A stretch of DNA of 64,000 nt from an uncultured Luminiphilus sp. (GCA_938084055.1 CALKDK010000018.1:55116-119115); one strand, 5' to 3'; counted from the stretch's first letter, positions 28,146 to 38,312 are shown. Numbers and translations: made by a program. The notes: generated by a model from the letters alone, not told the origin.

Positions 28146-29246
28146 CTATTCAATGTCGTCCAGACAGGCCGCGATGTAGTGGCGCAGGTCGAGGTTGAGG
28201 TCTTCCATGGGCGCGTAGTACCCGTGTTCGAAGACCGAATTCTGCATGCCGCGCTGTACGCTCTCGCAGATCTGCCAGTCCTGTTGGTTCACCTGGTCCC
28301 AGAATTCCACAGCATCGCTGGGGTCAAAGTCAGGCTGGTCCAGGGCGCTGGGGTGAAACAGGAAATCGCAGCGGATGCGGGTGTCTGATGCCGATTCTGG
28401 CCAAACGTAGAAAGCCGCCACATGGTCCATCGCAAGGCTCAGCATGAGGTTGGGATAAAAGAGCTCGCCCTTGTGATGGGTCTTTTCGGTATCGCTCAGA
28501 CCCGGGAACGGGGCCCTGTTGGTCGTACCCGTCGCGGTAAAGGTGTTGGCACCCTCCCGGTGGGGCACCCCGACATCCCAGTCCAGCGCACTGCCACCAC
28601 CCTGCCGAAACGCGGGCACGACCTGGCACAGCTCGGGATGGATGGGGCCGCAGTGGTAGCACTCGTTGTAGTTCTCCAGAATAACCTTCCAGTTTGCTGC
28701 TACCCGGTAGTCGATGCGGTGCCCGAGGCACAGGTCCTGCAGGGGATAGTTGGCAATGCGCGCGCGACCCGGGCCCAGCGCGTCAAGTAACGACTCGCTG
28801 CGGCGCGTATCCAGGCAGACAAAAGCAAAGCCACCCCACTCAGCAACTGCAACCGGATGCAATTGTGTTGCGCCGGGTTCCACTGCGATATGGGGCGCCC
28901 CGCGCAGGGTACCGTCCAGACGATAACTCCAGGCGTGATAGGGGCAGGTGATGGTGCGGGGAAACTGGCCGCAGCGAACCTCACTGTCAGGCATGGCCAC
29001 CAACTCGGCGCCCCGGTGACGGCAGAGGTTGTAAAAGCCTTGCAGTTCACCGTCTTCGCCACGCACCAGCAGTACCGACTCACTGCCCAGGCGCAGCGCC
29101 TGATAGGCGCCACTCTCAGCAAGCCCGTCGCTGCGACCTGCGCAAACCCACCCGGGCCGGAAAACAGCGGCATATTCCCTGGCGTACACGTCGGCATCCA
29201 GATAGCTGGCCCCGGGCAGGGTTTTTTCGAGTGTTTCGAGCATCAC
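28146..29246 (-). CDS. Rieske oxygenase alpha subunit (choline/betaine monooxygenase-like)
   Basis: CRH..CPYH Rieske motif; ANWKVILENYNECYHCGPIH; QDWQICESVQRG. Confidence 0.9.
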   Translation of the reverse strand: MMLETLEKTLPGASYLDADVYAREYAAVFRPGWVCAGRSDGLAESGAYQALRLGSESVLLVRGEDGELQGFYNLCRHRGAELVAMPDSEVRCGQFPRTITCPYHAWSYRLDGTLRGAPHIAVEPGATQLHPVAVAEWGGFAFVCLDTRRSESLLDALGPGRARIANYPLQDLCLGHRIDYRVAANWKVILENYNECYHCGPIHPELCQVVPAFRQGGGSALDWDVGVPHREGANTFTATGTTNRAPFPGLSDTEKTHHKGELFYPNLMLSLAMDHVAAFYVWPESASDTRIRCDFLFHPSALDQPDFDPSDAVEFWDQVNQQDWQICESVQRGMQNSVFEHGYYAPMEDLNLDLRHYIAACLDDIE

Positions 29247-29292
29247 CCGCGGCCCTGCGCCCGGGCTTGCTGCGGATTACGCTGCCCCGGGC

Positions 29293-31446
29293 TCATCGCT
29301 TATCGCCGCCGTCAAAGGCCGGCTGCGGCGTCACCAGATTGATGGGCTCATCCCGCAAATAGCGGTCGTCGTCTCCCCCGAGGAGGCCCCGGGAAAACCC
29401 GTGACCACTGTGTACGGCGTGGGCAATGGCGCCCGGAGCGAGGGCGTCACCGATCAGGGATAGGCGGGCGTTGGAGATGGACTCATGACCACCCGCCTGT
29501 AGTTTTTGCAAAGCTTCATAAAGATCGGTATTGGGCAGGCGCAGTCCGACGATAACCACCGCGTCGATCCCCCGTGTCAGTGGGTGCCCATTGAAGAGGT
29601 TACTGAGCGTTGCCGTGCTCCCGTCAAAATGATCGAGGTTCGTGGTGGTCAGGATTTCCACGCTCTGGTCGCCCAGGGCCTTATACACATAGGGGAGTTC
29701 GTTGGTCATAAACGTCCAGGCTGAGGCGTGGCCCGCAGGCGTGGCATAAACCACCCGGGAGCCCCGGCGACCGAGATGTTCGGCGATCACACCACCCAGG
29801 TAGTAGTTGTCGTAGTCGAATACCAGGACCCGGTCACCCACCACGGCGTCATTAAACACGTCTTCCGGGGTGAAGACCTGCGGACCGGACAAAGGGTAGG
29901 AGGGTATTTCCAGGGCCGAGTAGAGATGACGGGTCCAACGTGCGCCAGTTGCCAGCGCAATATGATCCGCGTCCAGGGTGCTAATGCCGTCAGCATCCAT
30001 CGGGCTATCGGTATACATGGCGACATTGCCCATCTGGGACAGTGCCCATACGCGATAGTCCCGAACGCGACGCCACACCGCCAGACCCGGCAACTGGCTC
30101 TCCTGCAAGACCCGACCACCCCAGTCACTGTGCTGTTCAGCCACGGTCACGTTGTAGCCCTGTCGCGCCGCGACCAGCGCCGCCTCAAGCCCCGCGGGTC
30201 CCCCGCCGACAATGAGGACCTGCTCGGTTTTTTTGGTCCGCTGGAAGCGCTCGGGATGCCAGTCCCGGCGCCACTCCTCGCCCGCGGTGGCATTTTGGGT
30301 ACAGCGCACGGGTACGCCGTCGTGCCAGCTGGCGATACACATATTGCAGCCGATACATTCGCGGATGGCATCGCTATTGCCCCGCCGGATTTTATCGGGG
30401 AGAAAAGGGTCAGCGATGCTCGCGCGTGCGCCACCAATGAGATCGAGGACCCCACGTTTGATCTGCGACACCATTGTATCGGGGGACGTGAAGCGACCCA
30501 CACCGACTACCGGACGATCGGTTACGGTTCTGACAAAATCGATAATGGGTTCGTGGGCACCCTCGGGTCGGAAACGGGATGCGCCGCAGTCATTGGGACT
30601 GGAGTCCATTTTTACGTCCCACAAATCAGGCACGTCGGACAGTAGGCTGACAACGCCATGGGCCTCACTTTCATAGTGATCACTGGGTTTGGCACGCAAC
30701 TCCTCAAGGCTGATTCGCAGAGCGACGGCTGCCCGGCCACCCGCCTCCTCCCGGGTCACCTCCAGCATCTCCCGAACAAATCGAGTGCGGTTTTCCAGGC
30801 TGCCGCCGTAACCGTCTGTTCGCCAGTTGTACTCGGGAAGTAGAAACTCATAGCCCAGGTAACCCATGCCGGCATAGACATAGATAATGTCGAAGCCAGC
30901 GTCCAGCGCGCGCCGCGTCGCGGCCCGCTGCCAGGCCAGTACCGCGTCGATATCCCGGGTGTCCATGGGCTTGGGCCGCTGCTGCCCCATAAACCCGATA
31001 TGGGTCGCTGCCCATGGCACACCCGAGGGGGACAGGGGTGGCAGTCGTGATGTCCGGTTCATGACCACGGCGCCCCCGTGCCATAACTCCACCGCAGCCA
31101 GGCTGCCATGCTGGTGTACGGCATCGGTGGTCAGCGCGTGGGAGGCTATATCAGCGTCGTTCCAGAGTCGGGCGTAGGGCAGGGGCGAGTCATCAGAGCT
31201 TGGATGGATTGACACCGCGCCGGTACTGACCACGCCCCAGCCGCCCTCGGCCTTGGTACCGCGGAAAGCGGCACGAACCCGCGGGTTGGACTCGGTCATG
31301 CCGCTGGCATGGGGAACCTGGTAAAACCGGTTGGGTGCAACAACGGGCCCAATACGTACGGGGTCAAACAGAATACGGTGATGGGGGTGGCAGGCGGCCA
31401 GGTCCGAGCCAGTGGCGCCATCGGTATCGTGCTTGGACTGCGCCAT
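29293..31446 (-). CDS. Trimethylamine/histamine dehydrogenase-like FMN/[4Fe-4S] flavoprotein
   Basis: NRFYQVPH, KAEGGW, RTDGYGGSLENR, CIGCNMC..CTQNATAGEE, VGGGPAGLE. Confidence 0.88.
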   Translation of the reverse strand: MAQSKHDTDGATGSDLAACHPHHRILFDPVRIGPVVAPNRFYQVPHASGMTESNPRVRAAFRGTKAEGGWGVVSTGAVSIHPSSDDSPLPYARLWNDADIASHALTTDAVHQHGSLAAVELWHGGAVVMNRTSRLPPLSPSGVPWAATHIGFMGQQRPKPMDTRDIDAVLAWQRAATRRALDAGFDIIYVYAGMGYLGYEFLLPEYNWRTDGYGGSLENRTRFVREMLEVTREEAGGRAAVALRISLEELRAKPSDHYESEAHGVVSLLSDVPDLWDVKMDSSPNDCGASRFRPEGAHEPIIDFVRTVTDRPVVGVGRFTSPDTMVSQIKRGVLDLIGGARASIADPFLPDKIRRGNSDAIRECIGCNMCIASWHDGVPVRCTQNATAGEEWRRDWHPERFQRTKKTEQVLIVGGGPAGLEAALVAARQGYNVTVAEQHSDWGGRVLQESQLPGLAVWRRVRDYRVWALSQMGNVAMYTDSPMDADGISTLDADHIALATGARWTRHLYSALEIPSYPLSGPQVFTPEDVFNDAVVGDRVLVFDYDNYYLGGVIAEHLGRRGSRVVYATPAGHASAWTFMTNELPYVYKALGDQSVEILTTTNLDHFDGSTATLSNLFNGHPLTRGIDAVVIVGLRLPNTDLYEALQKLQAGGHESISNARLSLIGDALAPGAIAHAVHSGHGFSRGLLGGDDDRYLRDEPINLVTPQPAFDGGDKR

Positions 31447-31647
31447 CCACTCTTTCCCCCGCTTGTCATTGTTTGGTCAGGCACGCACAGAGTGAGTGGC
31501 TTTTCCGCTCAAAGCAAGACCCGGGTCTGACTACCCGGGCTGGGCTGGACCGGGTGACGGGAAGGTGCGGGGCAGCGTCGACTCGCCGATTTATTTGGGG
31601 GTGTTAAGCTCCCCCTTGGGCATTTCCCATTGGATAAAAACAACGCT

Positions 31648-33162
31648 ATGGCCACAACTCCCCGGGTAGATCGATTCAATTTTACATTGACCGTAGCGGT
31701 GCTGCTGGGCATATCCCTGCCGCTACTGGTATTCCCCGAGGTCAGCTCGACGGCCCTGCAGACCGCCTATGCCTGGATCGGCGAGACCTTCGGCTGGTTT
31801 TACATTCTCACCGGTGCGACCGCGCTGGGGGTATCGCTGTATCTTGCCTTTGGCCCCCATGCCGGTATTCGTCTGGGTGACGGTCCGCCGGAATTCAGCT
31901 TTGCCAGCTGGGCTGCCATGCTGTTTGCTGCGGGAATTGGTGCCGGGCTCATGTACTGGAGCGGTATAGAGTGGGCCTATTACGCCGCCGCCCCACCATT
32001 TGGTGCGGAACCCAAGTCCCCCGAGGCTTTCCAATGGGCGGCCTCTTATGGGATGCATCACTGGGGGGTCGTGGCCTGGGCGCTCTACTGCCTGCCCACC
32101 CTCGCCATTGCCTATCCCTTTTACGTGCGACGTGTGCCCTACCTCAAGTACAGCACCGCGGCAGACTACTGGTTGAAAGGGCGGGAAAACTCCCTGATCG
32201 CCAAGCTCATGGACGGTATGTTCATGGTGGCCCTGATTGGCGGTGCCGGCAGTTCCCTCGGTTTTTCAACGCCCCTGATCGCGGCGCTGATTTCACGCCT
32301 GACCGGTGTCCCCGAGAGTTTCGGCCTGGAAATGGCCGTGGTTGTGCTCTGTGTGGCTATATTTTCCACCAGTGTGGCCCTGGGTCTGGGTCGGGGCATC
32401 CGTCGGCTCAGTGACCTCAATATGGTGGTTGCACTGCTCCTCCTGGTAGCCATTCTATTTGCCGGCGATACCCTGTTTTTGCTGCGGATGGCTCTGAACT
32501 CCGTTGGCCACATGCTGCAAAACACCATTGCCATGACCTTCTGGACGGACCCGATTGGACGCTCGGGTTTCGTTGAGGACTGGACAATTTTTTACTGGGC
32601 CTGGTGGGTGTCCTACGGCCCCTTCGTCGGGCTCTTTGTCAGCCGAATCTCCCGGGGGCGCACGGTTCGAGAAGTCGTGTTGGGCATGCTTGTGCTCGGT
32701 TCGTTGGGCTGCTGGTTGTTCTATATGTTGCTGGGTAACCACAGCCTGGGCCTGCAAGTGCAGGGTGAAGTCGACATTATGGCCATCATGGAAACGTCGG
32801 GGGGTAACGCTGCCATTATTGCGGGGCTCGACACCCTGCCACTGGCGGGGTTGATCATTGGTCTGTTGTGCTTCGTGTCGGTGATTTTCTGTGCCACAAC
32901 CTATGACAGCGCCTCCTACACCCTTGCCGCCAGCGCGACCGAGAAATTGCATCCCTCGGAGGATCCACCGCGGTGGCACCGGCTGTTCTGGGCGATTGCT
33001 GTGGCGATCCTACCCATTGGGTTGATGTATGCCGGGGGCATTCGTGAAGCGCAGACAGCGGTGCTCGTGGTGTCCCTGCCGCTGGTGATCACCCTCTGGC
33101 CGGCGGGCTATGGGTTGCTGAGGTCACTGCAGGCAGATCGCCAGGGCAACAACCTGTCCTGA
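31648..33162 (+). CDS. BCCT-family (betaine/carnitine/choline) transporter
   Basis: IRLG..PEFSFASWAAMLFAAGIGAG, HWG, WTIFYWAWW..GPFVGLFVSRISRGRT. Confidence 0.93.
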   Translation: MATTPRVDRFNFTLTVAVLLGISLPLLVFPEVSSTALQTAYAWIGETFGWFYILTGATALGVSLYLAFGPHAGIRLGDGPPEFSFASWAAMLFAAGIGAGLMYWSGIEWAYYAAAPPFGAEPKSPEAFQWAASYGMHHWGVVAWALYCLPTLAIAYPFYVRRVPYLKYSTAADYWLKGRENSLIAKLMDGMFMVALIGGAGSSLGFSTPLIAALISRLTGVPESFGLEMAVVVLCVAIFSTSVALGLGRGIRRLSDLNMVVALLLLVAILFAGDTLFLLRMALNSVGHMLQNTIAMTFWTDPIGRSGFVEDWTIFYWAWWVSYGPFVGLFVSRISRGRTVREVVLGMLVLGSLGCWLFYMLLGNHSLGLQVQGEVDIMAIMETSGGNAAIIAGLDTLPLAGLIIGLLCFVSVIFCATTYDSASYTLAASATEKLHPSEDPPRWHRLFWAIAVAILPIGLMYAGGIREAQTAVLVVSLPLVITLWPAGYGLLRSLQADRQGNNLS

Positions 33163-33402
33163 AATCCATCACCGACACACCCGCTCGCGCCGTGGGTTCG
33201 CCAGTCCTGCAAAGCGGGGTACGGGAGATGCCCCGCCGGCTTGTTGTCCCATAGTTGTGACCACCGGTGGGTATTGCCCCCGCCACCCCACCGGGTTCAT
33301 CCGTTGTCACCTGCCCTGCAGGCGCGGTTGGGGTTGTGCCTGAAAACAGTAGACGCGACCCCGTAAAGTTGAGGCACACTACGTGCCCTGGGTAAGGTAG
33401 GG

Positions 33403-34194
33403 ATGACGACTTTGTCAGATCAATCGGTAGCGGTGATTTCCGCAGGTGCCTCGGGTATTGGCCTCGCGATTGCCCGGGCGTTGCATGACCTGGGCTATGC
33501 GCTGTTCGTCCTCGACGTGGACGCGACCCGGGTGGGCCTTTTCTGTGAGACTTTTGGTTCGGCAACCGCCACGGTTTGCGACGTGTCAGATCCCGCGCAG
33601 GTTGCTGCCGCCTTCGAGATCTTCCGGGCGCAGCACCAGCGCGTTGATCTGCTGGTTAACAACGCCGGGATTGCCGGTCCCCAGGGTGCCGTTGAGGACC
33701 TCGATGTGACCGAGTGGCAGCACACTATCGATACGGATCTGAACAGCCTGTTTTACATGACCCGCCACGTCATTCCCATCATGAAATCCCAGCGCACGGG
33801 TGCCATCATCAACATGTCATCCAATGCCGGCCTGGCGGGCTGCCCACACCGGTCACCCTATGTGGCATCCAAGTGGGCCAGCATTGGTCTCGCCAAGACC
33901 TGGGCGATGGAGCTGGGACCTTGGAATATTCGGGTGAATGCCCTGTGCCCCGGCAGCGTCTCGGGCCCGCGCATCGATGGCGTCATCGACCGGGATGCGC
34001 GGGCCAGGGGGCTCGATCCCGACGATATTCGACGCGTGTATCAGCGACAGAGTTCCCTGCGGCAGTTCACCGATCCCGAGGATATCGCAGCCATGGTGTG
34101 TTTTTTGGCCGGCCCCGGTGGCGCGAAAATATCGGGTCAGGCGATTGCTATCGACGGGCATACCGAATCATTGACCAATTGGCAGGATCCCTAG
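33403..34194 (+). CDS. Short-chain dehydrogenase/reductase
   Basis: SAGASGIG, NNAG, S..YVASK catalytic motif, NALCPG. Confidence 0.9.
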   Translation: MTTLSDQSVAVISAGASGIGLAIARALHDLGYALFVLDVDATRVGLFCETFGSATATVCDVSDPAQVAAAFEIFRAQHQRVDLLVNNAGIAGPQGAVEDLDVTEWQHTIDTDLNSLFYMTRHVIPIMKSQRTGAIINMSSNAGLAGCPHRSPYVASKWASIGLAKTWAMELGPWNIRVNALCPGSVSGPRIDGVIDRDARARGLDPDDIRRVYQRQSSLRQFTDPEDIAAMVCFLAGPGGAKISGQAIAIDGHTESLTNWQDP

Positions 34195-34228
34195 CGGTCC
34201 CGGGCTGATTCAACTCGAGGAAAAAAGT

Positions 34229-35230
34229 ATGCAAGGGATGTGCTTTGACAGTTTTGGTGCCGCGGGCGACGTGCTGCAGCAGCGCGAGCTACCGGTGCCG
34301 GCCGTGGGTTCTGGTGAAGTGCGGGTCCAGATGCACACCACAGCGGTCAATCCCTCAGACGTCAAGAAGCGAGCCGGCGCTTTTCCCAATCTGCTGGATG
34401 CCGGCCCCGTCGTACCACACAGCGATGGGGCAGGCGTCATTGACGCGGTGGGTGAGGGCGTGCCGGAATCCCGCCTGGGTGAGCGGGTGTTTGTTTATCA
34501 GGCACAGCACGGTCGATCCGGGGGCACTGCGGCCCAGTGGGTGAGCATTGCCAGCTCCCGCGCGCCGGCACTGCCTGATGAGGCCACCTTCGAGGTAGGA
34601 GCGTGTATTGGCATCCCCATCATGACCGCGCATCGCTGTGTCACCGCGGATGGGTCGATCGCAGGTAGCTGGGTTCTGGTAACGGGCGGTGCGGGTCGTG
34701 TTGGGTATTACGCCATACAGTGGGCTAAACGTTTTGGTGCCCGGGTTGTGGCCACCGCGGGCAATCCTGCCGATCATGCGCTGTGTCTGGCTGCGGGCGC
34801 TGAGCACGTGGTGGATCATCACCAGCCCGGTTGGGGTGTGGCGCTCCGTGAGCAGCTGGGCGGAGAGCGCGTGGCCCGGGTGATTGATGTTGAATTTGGC
34901 GCCAACCTGCACGAGGTGATCGACTGCATCGCCATCGGGGGCGTGATAGCGACCTATGCCAGCACGGGTGTTCCTGAGCCCGCCATTCCCTTTCGGACGA
35001 TGATGTTCATGGATCTGACCATACGACTGGTCATCGTCTATGACATGCCTGAGGACGCCAAGGTTCGAGCCATTTCAGATACGCAGCAGGCGCTGGCGCA
35101 GAACGGACTGCAGCACCGTTTGGGCTATGTCCTGCCCTTTGAGGACATGGCGCGGGCCCATGATTTGGTCGAGGCCGGGAGAACAAAAGGATGTGTCGTT
35201 GTGACCCTGCCCCGGAGCGCGCAGTCATGA
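34229..35230 (+). CDS. NADPH:quinone reductase (zeta-crystallin/MDR family)
   Basis: VNPSD, PHSDGAG, TGGAGRVG; no catalytic Zn cysteine set. Confidence 0.88.
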   Translation: MQGMCFDSFGAAGDVLQQRELPVPAVGSGEVRVQMHTTAVNPSDVKKRAGAFPNLLDAGPVVPHSDGAGVIDAVGEGVPESRLGERVFVYQAQHGRSGGTAAQWVSIASSRAPALPDEATFEVGACIGIPIMTAHRCVTADGSIAGSWVLVTGGAGRVGYYAIQWAKRFGARVVATAGNPADHALCLAAGAEHVVDHHQPGWGVALREQLGGERVARVIDVEFGANLHEVIDCIAIGGVIATYASTGVPEPAIPFRTMMFMDLTIRLVIVYDMPEDAKVRAISDTQQALAQNGLQHRLGYVLPFEDMARAHDLVEAGRTKGCVVVTLPRSAQS

Positions 35231-36780
35231 GAATGACTGGCCTGGGCCTGTTGGCCATTGTGGTACTGCTGGGTTGTGACGGGCGCTCGGCCAATGGCAG
35301 AGCGGATCCTGCGGTCGTGGGGGCCCCGGCGCCCCAGGTCAGGGTGGGGGAAGCGGTGATCGCCGGACGGTCTGATGATGCGGGTACGGCGGCCTTTCTC
35401 GGCATACCCTTTGCGGAGCCTCCGGTTGGCGATGCCCGCTGGCGTCGTCCCGTACCCCGACCACTTGGTTCAGGACTCCTGGACGCGACCTCCTTTGCGC
35501 CGGCCTGCCTGCAGTCGGGCAGTGGTCTTGCGTGGTATCACGGCATGATGGCGCGGGTGGGTGTCGATCCCTCCCTCATGTCACCGCCCGCGTATTCCGA
35601 AGATTGCCTGTATCTCAATGTCTGGTCTGATCTTGCCATTCCGGGGCCAAAGCCTGTGCTGGTCTTTATTCATGGCGGCTCCAACAAAGGCGGTTGGAGT
35701 TACGAGCCCAACTACCACGGCGGCCCCCTGGCACGTGAGGGCATGGTGGTGGTAACCGTGGCGTACCGGCTCGGTGTCTTTGGCTGGATGAATCATCCCG
35801 ATATGGAGATCGGGAATCCGGCACTCCATGACCTGGCACTGGCTCTGGATTGGGTTCATGACCACATCGCAGCCTTCGGTGGTGACCCCGGACGCATTAC
35901 GGTGGCAGGTGAGTCTGCGGGTGCAGCCAATGCCCTGCACCTGGCCATCTCCCCCCTCAGCCAGCAGCGGATTGCGGGGGTTATCCACCAGAGCGGCGGT
36001 TGGCCCGTGGCAGGTAGTCCGGCACCCAGCGCGGCACAGGATCGCGCCCTGGTGCTGCAGGAACGATTGCTGGGTCCCGGGGGGTCACTGCAGGCACTGC
36101 GCCGTGTGCCCGCCGAGGCGCTCATCGCAGTATCACCCGAGGTCTATGAGGGACTGCGCTTTGGTGCCCTGCAGGACGCAGAGAGCCTGCCTCGTACCCT
36201 GGAGCAGCGGGTCAGGGACGGTGACCTTCCCCCGCTGGATATCATTGTTGGTAGCAATGCGAATGAATCCCTGATGTATATCCAGCCCGGGGATACGGCT
36301 GCAGGTTATCTCAATGGACGTGTACCCGAGGCACGCTGGCCCGCTGTCTGGTCCCACTTTGACGCCGCCGCGAGTGCGGAATCAATCCTCGACAGGCTGG
36401 GTACGGGGCTTACTTTTCTGTGCCCTTCGTTGATCCTGGCTGATGCCATAAGCCGCAGCGGTGGTCGGGTCTGGGTCTATCGCTTTGACCGGGTGCGTCC
36501 TGGCTTTGACAGCATTGGTGCCTATCATGGCGCCGAATTGCCCTACGTGTTTGATCGTCACGACGACTGGTTACCAACCGAGGCCGTGGACCACAGGCTG
36601 ACAGAGCTGCTGGTTGGCTATTGGCGTGAATTTGTTCGCCGGGGGGACCCCAACGGCGCGTCGCTGTTACCCTGGCCGGCCTGGCGGGCGCAGGATCAGC
36701 AGGCCCTGATTTTGTCTGAAGCATCGAGATCCATGCTGCATCCCGATGTTGGGTTTTGTGCATCGCTGGCAGGGGGTTGA
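35227..36780 (+). CDS. Type-B carboxylesterase/cholinesterase-family protein, probable lipoprotein
   Basis: LLGC lipobox-like motif; FLGIPFAEPP, SEDCLYLNVW, HGG, GESAG nucleophile, HGAEL; ATGA overlap with the upstream gene. Confidence 0.9.
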   Translation: MRMTGLGLLAIVVLLGCDGRSANGRADPAVVGAPAPQVRVGEAVIAGRSDDAGTAAFLGIPFAEPPVGDARWRRPVPRPLGSGLLDATSFAPACLQSGSGLAWYHGMMARVGVDPSLMSPPAYSEDCLYLNVWSDLAIPGPKPVLVFIHGGSNKGGWSYEPNYHGGPLAREGMVVVTVAYRLGVFGWMNHPDMEIGNPALHDLALALDWVHDHIAAFGGDPGRITVAGESAGAANALHLAISPLSQQRIAGVIHQSGGWPVAGSPAPSAAQDRALVLQERLLGPGGSLQALRRVPAEALIAVSPEVYEGLRFGALQDAESLPRTLEQRVRDGDLPPLDIIVGSNANESLMYIQPGDTAAGYLNGRVPEARWPAVWSHFDAAASAESILDRLGTGLTFLCPSLILADAISRSGGRVWVYRFDRVRPGFDSIGAYHGAELPYVFDRHDDWLPTEAVDHRLTELLVGYWREFVRRGDPNGASLLPWPAWRAQDQQALILSEASRSMLHPDVGFCASLAGG

Positions 36781-38024
36781 TCCTTCTCAAATAAATTTTC
36801 CACGTCGTCGTTAGCCCGGGGGTCCTGCTGCAGGGCGATGGGTGCCATCGCCGACGTGGTGCCAACGAATTCGCTCTGGGCTTCAGTGGCCACGGCCGTT
36901 CTACCCCGGGGCTGCAATGACGTGAATAAGCCGACCAACAAGCTCGATACCCCAACGGAGATAAACAAGGCTTCGTTCCCCAGCCAGCGCATGGTGAAGC
37001 CAAACACCAGTGCTCCTCCGGAGGCTCCGAGGGCATTCAGAAGCAGTACGGAGGAGCCCAGCATGACAAACTCATCACGCTTTGAATTATCGGCGGCTTT
37101 GGCGAGGGACACCGCGTACAGGGAGTTGCCGGCGGCGCCAAAGGCCGCTGAAAACCACAGGAGCGCCGTGGTGCTGGTGGCTTGTGACAGACCCACTGCT
37201 GTGCAGGCGCAGGCCAGGCACAGAAAGGTGAGCACGTAGCGCCGGTCGATCCGGTCTGAGGCCAGTCCAATGGGATACTGTGCAACCGCGCCGCCGAGGA
37301 TGTTGGCGGCAATAAACCACGGCACAAAGCTTGGGTCGTGGGTCAAAGCGAGTATGTAGACGGCCCCCAGCGACCAGAAACTTCCCATAATCAGGCCCGA
37401 ACCCAAGGCGCCGGCGAAAGCCGTGTGGGAACGCCGGTAGAGCTTGGTAAAACTGAATCGGGTTGCGGGCACCGGGGCCGGCGCAGGTGAGCGGGTAAGG
37501 CTCACCGGGATTATGGCGCAGCCCACCATCAGTGAGACCAGGATAAAGGGGTGCAATGGGTTATTGGTCGTCAAGTTGAGCAGGTATTGTCCCAGCGCCA
37601 TGGAACTGAGTACCACGACCGTGTAAATCGACAGGACCCGTCCATGCGCTCGGGAGTCGGTCTGGTCGGTGAGCCAGCTTTCAATGACCGTGTAGGCACC
37701 GCACATCGCGGCGCCGAGCACAAACCGAATGGCAATCCAGGTTACACCGCCGTTATAGAAGCTCAGCAGTAGAAAGCTGCACAGGAAGGTGGCCATCAGG
37801 GCGGTGAAGCTGCGGATATGGCCCACGTTGGCAATGATCCGCGGTGTGACCAATGCCCCCGTGAGGAAGCCTGCAAAGTAAGCCGAGCCACTCAGCCCCA
37901 CCAGGAATGTTGACATGCCGAGTTCTGCCGCGCGGATCGGCAGGAAGGTCATGTGCAGGCCGTGGCCAGCCAGCAGGAAGGCGGTGGTGAGCAGGAGTGA
38001 AGAGACAGAACGGAGGCTGCCCAT
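36696..38024 (-). CDS. MFS transporter (YcaD-like)
   Basis: VGHIRSF, IESWL, QYPIG..SDRIDRR; 12 TM segments. Confidence 0.85.
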   Translation of the reverse strand: MGSLRSVSSLLLTTAFLLAGHGLHMTFLPIRAAELGMSTFLVGLSGSAYFAGFLTGALVTPRIIANVGHIRSFTALMATFLCSFLLLSFYNGGVTWIAIRFVLGAAMCGAYTVIESWLTDQTDSRAHGRVLSIYTVVVLSSMALGQYLLNLTTNNPLHPFILVSLMVGCAIIPVSLTRSPAPAPVPATRFSFTKLYRRSHTAFAGALGSGLIMGSFWSLGAVYILALTHDPSFVPWFIAANILGGAVAQYPIGLASDRIDRRYVLTFLCLACACTAVGLSQATSTTALLWFSAAFGAAGNSLYAVSLAKAADNSKRDEFVMLGSSVLLLNALGASGGALVFGFTMRWLGNEALFISVGVSSLLVGLFTSLQPRGRTAVATEAQSEFVGTTSAMAPIALQQDPRANDDVENLFEKDQPPASDAQNPTSGCSMDLDASDKIRAC

Positions 38025-38312
38025 GGCGGTACCATTCCAGTAAGTATCGGGAGATCGGCATTCTCTTCCTAATTGGCCGCCACACAAGCGAGAATATTGG
38101 TAAGTGTTGGCAGATTCCCAGGCTGTGAGCGGCTTGGCGCCACCGGGGCAATCTGCGCGGGTTTGCGTTATTTTTCGATGACCTGCTAACGCTTGTTGTT
38201 TTTGGTTTTGCTCTTGCTCTATTTTTTGCTACGCAGGCGGCTGTTGGCTCAGGGGTGGGCTGTGCGCGTTAAAACCGACCGGGGCCATAGGTCCGTCACT
38301 GTGCACCCGGCA

